Assembly: GCA_050250895.1 (NCBI GenBank)
Contig: JBFWNU010000003.1
Coordinates: 714,109 to 778,108 of the forward strand
Direction of reading: 5' to 3'
Length of the DNA stretch: 64,000 bases
Source: Vulcanimicrobiota bacterium
Lineage (GTDB): Bacteria > Vulcanimicrobiota > Xenobia > Xenobiales > JADMJV01
This document shows positions 58,023-64,000 of this stretch, one piece after another (positions within the stretch are counted from its first letter, which is position 1; each line of letters begins with the position of its first letter). The position numbers and the translations under genes are program-made. Below the pieces are notes generated by a model that saw nothing but the letters and a program-made list of their open reading frames with translations, had not been told where the DNA came from and made no database searches.

Positions 58023-58685
58023 TCAGGGGAAGATAATGACCTCCGCGCCCACCGGCACCTCGCGATAAAGCCTTTCCGCAACAGGGTTTTCGAGGGCAAT
58101 GCAACCGAGGGTCCAGTCTCTGGAAGCGCCCCCGCCGTGAAGGCCGACCGACCCTCCCAGCCGAGTGCGGGCGTAAGGTCGATGACCGGTGGCCGACTGC
58201 AGGTGTAGACCCCACCACTCCACCCAGGAGATGATACCCTGGCGGCGCGCGCGGTCGGCGTCGGCCGGGCCGGGATATCCGATGCCGAGCCAGCGATGGA
58301 AAGCGGCCGGGTCTTTGTCGGTGACGCGGTAGCAGCCAACCGGAGTGCGCATGTCCCCCTCGCGACTCTTGGCGCCGGCCGGGCAGCCCCCGAGGGCGAC
58401 GGGCGCCGAGAAATCAACTCGGCCATCACGACGCAGTTCGAGGCGACGTTCGCCTTTGAAGACGAGTATCTGGATTGGTACCGGGGGCGGTGAGAAGGCC
58501 TGGGCTATAGGCAGAACGGCCAGACCCAACAGGGCCACCAGACGGGCGGGGCGACCCAGCTTGAGCAGACCGACCAGCAGAAGAGGCGGCCCCAGCCAGG
58601 TCTCGAGTTGGGCCAGGGACACTGGGAGCCAGCCCGCGTAGAGGAACGATTCAAGCAGGCCGAAGAGCAGCAGATAGGCGTTCAT
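58023..58685 (-). CDS. L,D-transpeptidase (YkuD) family protein
   Basis: K..EGDMRTPVG, GLHGG and WTLGCIAL catalytic His/Cys motif. Confidence 0.88.
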   Translation of the reverse strand: MNAYLLLFGLLESFLYAGWLPVSLAQLETWLGPPLLLVGLLKLGRPARLVALLGLAVLPIAQAFSPPPVPIQILVFKGERRLELRRDGRVDFSAPVALGGCPAGAKSREGDMRTPVGCYRVTDKDPAAFHRWLGIGYPGPADADRARRQGIISWVEWWGLHLQSATGHRPYARTRLGGSVGLHGGGASRDWTLGCIALENPVAERLYREVPVGAEVIIFP

Positions 58686-58716
58686 GTCCCAGAGAGTCAG
58701 CGCGGGACAAAAAAGT

Positions 58717-59151
58717 TCAGCGCCGGATGGGCACCACCAGCACCGGCAAGAAGGCGTGTTGGAGGATCCAGTGGCTGACGCTACCCACTAGCAGATCATA
58801 GACGGCTCCGTGCCCGTGCGAGCCGATGATCAGCTGGTCGACCCCGAGCTTGGCCGCTTCTTCGAGCAAGGTCTGGCCGGTGGCGCCCTGGACCAGCAAG
58901 GCAGTGGCGTCGATGTTCGATTGGCGCAGCTTGTCGGCCGCTTCTTGCAATTCGCGATGCTGCTCGCGGTATTCGTGGGCCACCGCATCGCGGACCGATT
59001 GGGGGCCCACTTCATAGCCGACAAAGTCAGGGTCGGGGGCGACCACGTGGATGAGAAAGAGTTTGGCACCCAGGCTGCGCGCTTGCTGTTCGGCAACCGT
59101 GAGCAGGGCCTGGGAAGCCGTCGAGAAGTCGAGGCCGACGAGGATCTTCAT
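58717..59151 (-). CDS. Universal stress protein
   Basis: KILVGLDFS and IIGSHGHG..LLVGSVS..PVLVVP motifs; ATGA overlap with mog. Confidence 0.93.
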   Translation of the reverse strand: MKILVGLDFSTASQALLTVAEQQARSLGAKLFLIHVVAPDPDFVGYEVGPQSVRDAVAHEYREQHRELQEAADKLRQSNIDATALLVQGATGQTLLEEAAKLGVDQLIIGSHGHGAVYDLLVGSVSHWILQHAFLPVLVVPIRR

Positions 59152-59672
59152 GTTTTCTTCTTTCCCGGACGAAAGGCCGAAGGGCTTTCCAGATAGGGGC
59201 CTTCCATCAGTTCGATGCAGTACGGAATGGCCGGAAACACGGCTTCGAGGCAATCAGCGATGGCGGCCGGCTTGCCGGGAAGGTTGAGGAACAGGCACTG
59301 GCCGCGGGTGCCGGCGGTCTGGCGCGAGAGGATGGCCGTGGGCACGATCTTGAGCGAGGCTGCTCGCATGGCCTCGCCAAAGCCGGGGAAGAGGCGATGG
59401 CAGACCGACTCGGTAACCTCGGGAGTGATGTCGCGGGGAGCCGGGCCGGTGCCGCCGGTGGTGACCACCAGGCAGCAACCGGTCTGGTCGGCGAGCTCGA
59501 CCAGCGTGTCGCGCACTACCTCGCTCTCGTCGGGAATGCAGCGATAGTGCTCTTGCCAGGGCGAACTCAGGTGCTGGTTGAGCCAGTCACGAATGGCCGG
59601 ACCGCCGAGGTCTTCGTAGACGCCCGCGGCGGCCCGGTCGCTGACCGTGACGATTCCGATGTGTGCTTGCAA
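59148..59672 (-). CDS. mog: Molybdopterin adenylyltransferase
   Basis: TVSDRAAAGVYED, TTGGTGPAPRD.TPE, PGFGE and NLPGKP motifs. Confidence 0.94.
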   Translation of the reverse strand: MQAHIGIVTVSDRAAAGVYEDLGGPAIRDWLNQHLSSPWQEHYRCIPDESEVVRDTLVELADQTGCCLVVTTGGTGPAPRDITPEVTESVCHRLFPGFGEAMRAASLKIVPTAILSRQTAGTRGQCLFLNLPGKPAAIADCLEAVFPAIPYCIELMEGPYLESPSAFRPGKKKT

Positions 59673-59675
59673 AGA

Positions 59676-61088
59676 CTAGGCTCGAGGAGGAGTCGGGCCA
59701 GGGGCGGCCGGTCCCTGGTCGATCACCGGACGAGTCTGGCCGGGCCGTTCGCGCTGCTCGCGACCGGGCTCGGTGCGGGGGCCTTCCTGGCCGCCCTGGC
59801 CGCCTTCCGGTTTGACCGGTCCGGGCTGTCTGCCTTTTTGCTCGATGCGAGTGGCCTCGGGCGAGACGTCCAGGCCGCCCTGTTTGTTGAGCCGCATATC
59901 TCCAGGGCGAGGCGGGGCGCTGGGGTCGCGAGGACGCAGGTCGGTGAGGCCTTCGACGGTGGCGCGGCCTGAATTGAGGCCCGATTCCATCGTGTTAAGG
60001 GCGTTGAGCAACTTGCCCCCCTTGAGGGGCGGCGGGCCTTCGGCGGCCTTTTGGAGCATTGCGTCCATGCCCTTGGCGTCGAGCTTGGGGTTGCTGCCCA
60101 TCATGTTGGCTCCTTTGGTGAAAGCAGCCATGCGGTCGGCCGACGAGGCGGCGTCGTCTCCGGGGAAGCGGGTCTTGATGGTGTCGGCCAACTGAGACAT
60201 CTCTCCCACCTTCATGTCGGGGCGTCCCGAGAGAACCTTGGTGGCTTCAGCGAAGCCGGTGGCTACTTGACCAGCGCGGCCGGGGTCTTTTTCGCCACCG
60301 AGTTTGCCCACCGATTCGGCCAGCTTGCCAACTTCGTCGGGGCGAATATCATGGCGCTTCTTGAGCAGCTCGGCCCCGTTTTTGAACATGTCGACGGCAG
60401 CCGGGCCGGCTTGCTCGCCGCCCTGGCCTTTGGTTCCGCCCACGGCGTTGGTCATCTTGCTCATCAAGTCGACGGCGTCGGCGGGGCGGATGTCGCGGCG
60501 CTCGGTGAGCAGGTCCATAGCCGTGTCGGTGGCCTGTTTGGCCAGACCCGGGTTGCGCAGCATCTTGGTGAAATTGCTGCGCATGGCCGAAAGTTCGCTG
60601 GGCTGCACGTCGGTGCGATTGGTGAGCAGTTCTTGCGAGCGGGGGTCGAAGGCGGAAGGGTCGATACTGACCTTGCCGTCGCGGGTGCGGCTGACGAAGT
60701 CGCTCACTTTGAGGTCGGTGCGCGACTCGAGTAGCTTGCTGATCGAGTCGAGCGCTTCCGGACGGCGGAGCAGCGGCATCGCTTCACCGACGGTCAGCGA
60801 CGGTTGGGAGTGGGCCAGGCTTTCGAGGGCCGAACCGCCGCCGAGGCTTTGCAGTTCTTCGGGTTTGAGCTCGGAAAGCAAGCGGTTGGAACCGATACCG
60901 CTGTTGTTTTGGGCAGCCGTTGGCGCGCCGGCCACCCCGGCCAGGCCGTTGTGAATCTGGTTTGAGGTCAAAAGGGCGTTAAGTTGTTGGGGGTTTTGGG
61001 GGCCTCCCTGGGGCACGGCCGCAGGCGCGCCGCCCTGGAGTCTGGGGGCCTGCACCGGGCCTCCGCCTTGAATATGTTGAATCGCCAT
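59676..61088 (-). CDS. Hypothetical protein with about 6 helical repeats and low-complexity termini
   Basis: AGGAG RBS before ATG 61088; recurring LLxxRxD(I/L/V/M)xPx(D/E)-like motif. Confidence 0.75.
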   Translation of the reverse strand: MAIQHIQGGGPVQAPRLQGGAPAAVPQGGPQNPQQLNALLTSNQIHNGLAGVAGAPTAAQNNSGIGSNRLLSELKPEELQSLGGGSALESLAHSQPSLTVGEAMPLLRRPEALDSISKLLESRTDLKVSDFVSRTRDGKVSIDPSAFDPRSQELLTNRTDVQPSELSAMRSNFTKMLRNPGLAKQATDTAMDLLTERRDIRPADAVDLMSKMTNAVGGTKGQGGEQAGPAAVDMFKNGAELLKKRHDIRPDEVGKLAESVGKLGGEKDPGRAGQVATGFAEATKVLSGRPDMKVGEMSQLADTIKTRFPGDDAASSADRMAAFTKGANMMGSNPKLDAKGMDAMLQKAAEGPPPLKGGKLLNALNTMESGLNSGRATVEGLTDLRPRDPSAPPRPGDMRLNKQGGLDVSPEATRIEQKGRQPGPVKPEGGQGGQEGPRTEPGREQRERPGQTRPVIDQGPAAPGPTPPRA

Positions 61089-61141
61089 GAGAAATACACT
61101 CCTAGTCAGTTCTGATTCTTTCACGACAAATGGCCGCCTGG

Positions 61142-61798
61142 TCAACCCCCCGGGTCGTAGCGATCTTCGATGGAATTCTCGACCACGTCAACCCATTCCC
61201 ACTCCTCGTCCTCACCCACTTCTTCATCGGCGTCCACCAGCACCCAGGTCCACTCTTCCTCTTCTTCGCTCTGGCGGAACTCTCGCACATGCTCGGTGTG
61301 GACTGGCTCAGGATCCGAAACGACCGGGCTCCAGCGCGGATCGAGCCGGCGCAGATCGAGCAGAAAACTGGTGTCGAGGGCTTTGCCCTCGGGCTGGGGG
61401 ATTGGCTTGGGCAGGGGGGATTCGGCGTTGGGCCAGGGTCGGTCGCGAGTGTTGAAGTACTCTTCGAGTTCTTCTTCCAGGCCACGCTCCCGAGCGATCT
61501 CCGAGAGCCTCTTATACAGCTCGGTTTCGCTCTCGTTGCCACGACCGAAAGGCAATTGCTGCAAGCAGGGGATGAGGCACTCGTCGGGCAGGGCGTCGGC
61601 CGATTCGAGGGCCTCGGCCAGCTGATCCATCCCGGCCAGATTGAGGGCCAGGTACATTAGCGCCACCGGAGATTCTTCTTCGAACATCTCGAGGACTTCG
61701 ATGCAGAGTTGCTCTCCTTCGGCGAAGTGGCCGGGCAGATAGAGCGACTCGATGGTCTCCTCGAGGACCTCCAGGTCGTTGGGGCGCGCGTCAGTCAT
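61142..61798 (-). CDS. Hypothetical acidic protein with a TPR-like N-terminus
   Basis: Overlaps the upstream gene end; acidic Trp-containing tail EWTWV..EWEWV. Confidence 0.7.
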   Translation of the reverse strand: MTDARPNDLEVLEETIESLYLPGHFAEGEQLCIEVLEMFEEESPVALMYLALNLAGMDQLAEALESADALPDECLIPCLQQLPFGRGNESETELYKRLSEIARERGLEEELEEYFNTRDRPWPNAESPLPKPIPQPEGKALDTSFLLDLRRLDPRWSPVVSDPEPVHTEHVREFRQSEEEEEWTWVLVDADEEVGEDEEWEWVDVVENSIEDRYDPGG

Positions 61799-62435
61799 CT
61801 TCCCGCACCTGGGCGATCCATTGCTGGGCTCGAACCAGAAGCTTGGCGCCCTCGCGCACGGATGCCTCGCCCGTGTCGAGGAGATCCTCGGTGTCTCTGG
61901 TTACCCCCGTGCGAATGTCGGCAAGTCCCTTCTCGAGCCGATCAATGCCAGCGTAGAACAGTTCGAGCAGGCCGGGATTCACGTCGTCGAGACCCCGGTA
62001 AGACTCGGCCATGGACCGGAGGTTCATCGTGTTGCCTTCGACATAGCCCAGCTCCATCAAGAAGTGGTCGCGTCCCAGCACGGTCAAGCGATATTGCTGC
62101 AGCCGCTCGAGCAGACGTTGAAAATTTGGAGGAAGCAGATGCTGGGGCTGGGGTCGTCGCGGCCGGCCGGCGGAAAGCTCGCTGAGCGCCTCTTGAGTGG
62201 GTTCGGCCAGCTGCTCTACCGTCTGCAAGTCACCGGTCTCGAGGGCGTCATAGATAGCGTTGAGTAACTCGCTGGCTTCGAGAAGAAGGTGGCGTCTCTG
62301 GCTGTTCGAGTCTTCGTCGACGAGACGTTGGTAGGCCTTCTCTATTTTGGTCAGCCTGTCATCGAGATAGCCGGAGAGTTCTTCGATCGAGAGTGCCTCG
62401 TCTAGGTACTTCTGCACCATTACCAGGAATGACAC
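61791..62435 (-). CDS. Hypothetical acidic helical-bundle protein
   Basis: Amphipathic helices; start uncertain (GTG 62435 or ATG 62420). Confidence 0.7.
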   Translation of the reverse strand: MSFLVMVQKYLDEALSIEELSGYLDDRLTKIEKAYQRLVDEDSNSQRRHLLLEASELLNAIYDALETGDLQTVEQLAEPTQEALSELSAGRPRRPQPQHLLPPNFQRLLERLQQYRLTVLGRDHFLMELGYVEGNTMNLRSMAESYRGLDDVNPGLLELFYAGIDRLEKGLADIRTGVTRDTEDLLDTGEASVREGAKLLVRAQQWIAQVREDD

Positions 62436-62479
62436 GGTCCCGAGGGCTTCCCCCCGGGACCGATGATTCCTCTGTCAAC

Positions 62480-62839
62480 TCAGGCTGCGGCGTACTGGCT
62501 GAGCACGTCCTTATTGCGTGCGATCAGGTCTCGGGCCGCTTCTAGGACATCGTGAGCCTCTTCGGCCTGATAGACGCACTGGACCAGCTTTTGCTCGTCG
62601 GGGGTCTCGAGAAACTCGAGGATGCCCTCCAGGCTGCTGTAGTAGAGTTGCATCGCCTCGAGCGTCAACTCTTGAGCCTCGCGCACTCCGGAACTCTGGG
62701 TGGACGCGCATTGATGGCTGGCCTCCTCCAGGTCGCCCAGAAGTTCGTGAATGAACTCGGTCAGGGCTTCGTTGTCGGCCAGGGGGTGAAGGAGCAATCC
62801 TTCAACGATCTCTTCGATGATCAGCTTGCAGCTCTGCAT
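62480..62839 (-). CDS. Small hypothetical acidic helical-bundle protein
   Basis: TAATG coupling with the upstream gene; GGAGG RBS inside the upstream CDS. Confidence 0.72.
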   Translation of the reverse strand: MQSCKLIIEEIVEGLLLHPLADNEALTEFIHELLGDLEEASHQCASTQSSGVREAQELTLEAMQLYYSSLEGILEFLETPDEQKLVQCVYQAEEAHDVLEAARDLIARNKDVLSQYAAA

Positions 62840-63825
62840 TAGTTTTCACCTCCTACAGTCTCGTTTTCGGCCGGGGCGACGCCGATGGGGGCGGGCCAGG
62901 GATCGATTTGGATGGGACCGGGGTTAGGACGCCAGGGGTCGAGATCCCAGGGGCGGGGCGGCTTGGGGAAGGGGAATTCGAACTGGCGCTGGTCTTCGTG
63001 GTGGTCAAAGTAGATAGGGCCGTTGGAGTCGTAACCGATGAGCACGCGAGTGTCGGTGCTGCCGTCGTCGTTAACGGTGGTCTTACTACTCTTGTCGGGG
63101 AACTGCAGCCCCATCGGTCCCTGCTTGAAGGTGGCGACCTCCTGGGTCGGACGACCTTCGGAATCGAGATCGTAGGTCTCGACGCGACGGTCCTGGAAGG
63201 GCGCGTCGGTCGACTGGCTGACCTTCGTGCCGTCCATATCGAGGGTGGTCTTGAATTGCGAGCCGAGGATTCCGCCACCCTGGCGCTCGACGTGGACCTT
63301 GTTGGGGTCGTTCTCGTTGTAGGTGACGGTCTTGACGCCGCCGTCCTTGCTGCGAGTGGTGACGGTGACTTCGCCGTCTTTGCCGCGCTCGATGGTCACC
63401 TCGTCGCCGTTGGATAGCTTGTGGGGGCCGGGGCCGTACTCTTTGAGTTGATCGGCGAGCCGAACGGCGCTGGCGCGCTCGCGGTAGGCTTCGTTCTGAA
63501 GGTCGCGGTAGCGGGTTTTGATGTCGCGAGCCTTGTCGTTGTCAAAGAAGTTGGGCTCGGTGGCTTCCCGCACCCGGCGGGCGGGGTCGGGGCGCAGGAT
63601 GCAGTCGAGACGGTCCAGGCGGCCGGCAGCGTCGCCGTCGAGGCGCTCCGAGACATCGAGCAGCCCGTTGTAGTCCTGTTGCTGAGCCTGGACTTGCTCG
63701 GGCGAGAGCTGTTCGAGGGGGGAGAGGGTCGCGCTTTCGACTCGGGCGTCCAGATTGCTGAGGCGGCTATCGCGCACCTGAGTGCTATCGGTGCGGGGTG
63801 TGAGAGTGAATCGAGCGGCGTCCAT
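62839..63825 (-). CDS. Hypothetical protein with beta-hairpin-rich middle and Pro/Trp-rich C-terminus
   Basis: AAGGAG RBS; TACAAT -10-like hexamer at 63862-63867 on the minus strand. Confidence 0.75.
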   Translation of the reverse strand: MDAARFTLTPRTDSTQVRDSRLSNLDARVESATLSPLEQLSPEQVQAQQQDYNGLLDVSERLDGDAAGRLDRLDCILRPDPARRVREATEPNFFDNDKARDIKTRYRDLQNEAYRERASAVRLADQLKEYGPGPHKLSNGDEVTIERGKDGEVTVTTRSKDGGVKTVTYNENDPNKVHVERQGGGILGSQFKTTLDMDGTKVSQSTDAPFQDRRVETYDLDSEGRPTQEVATFKQGPMGLQFPDKSSKTTVNDDGSTDTRVLIGYDSNGPIYFDHHEDQRQFEFPFPKPPRPWDLDPWRPNPGPIQIDPWPAPIGVAPAENETVGGEN

Positions 63826-64000
63826 CTTGGTTTCTCCTTCGTGTCTTTCGGGTGTGTCTTGATTGTAGCCAGGTCATGTTGCGACGATGTGTCTGGATTG
63901 TTACGCTTTTTCGGAGCCCTTCTGTAGTTGTTGTTTCTGGTGAAATATGCGCACTTTAAGGTGTTGCAATGTTGATGGGGAGACAGGTAGGGGAGGCCGG

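Noticed and set aside
62435-62462. Riboswitch or attenuator at the hairpin CGGTCCCG...CGGGACCG
   Set aside because: A single hairpin with no aptamer features or U-tract; at most a processing or stability element

Overview
GC-rich bacterial chromosomal window with about 45 tightly packed CDS. The gene style (giant TPR proteins, many orphan proteins with low-complexity N-termini) suggests Candidatus Eremiobacterota/Vulcanimicrobiota, but this is inference only. Housekeeping content: tmRNA (ssrA), aroB-aroQ-truB-amrA, hisC-type aminotransferase, rpmG, mog, a sigma-70 factor, Fur, CPA2 and CDF transporters, two histidine kinases, a NarL-type regulator, an EAL protein and a Ser/Thr kinase. Accessory content: a phd-vapC toxin-antitoxin pair and an A/T-richer ATPase+HNH (Septu/PtuAB-like) cassette whose ATPase carries a duplicated unknown N-terminal domain. 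Four features are not explained by ordinary annotation. (1) A 1.9-kb non-coding mosaic array of palindromic modules after rpmG, with related copies at 9.3-9.75 kb and 43.8-44.1 kb. (2) A dispersed set of effector-like proteins: a HrpF/NolX-like repeat giant, a paladin-like phosphatase, a deiminase, a clostripain-like protease and a novel repeat protein; two are coupled to small acidic helical partners and two share a 22-bp upstream motif. (3) Frequent apparently leaderless promoters. (4) Strong CTCGAG enrichment that is absent from the ATPase-HNH cassette. All family calls come from motif recognition by eye; no searches were run.
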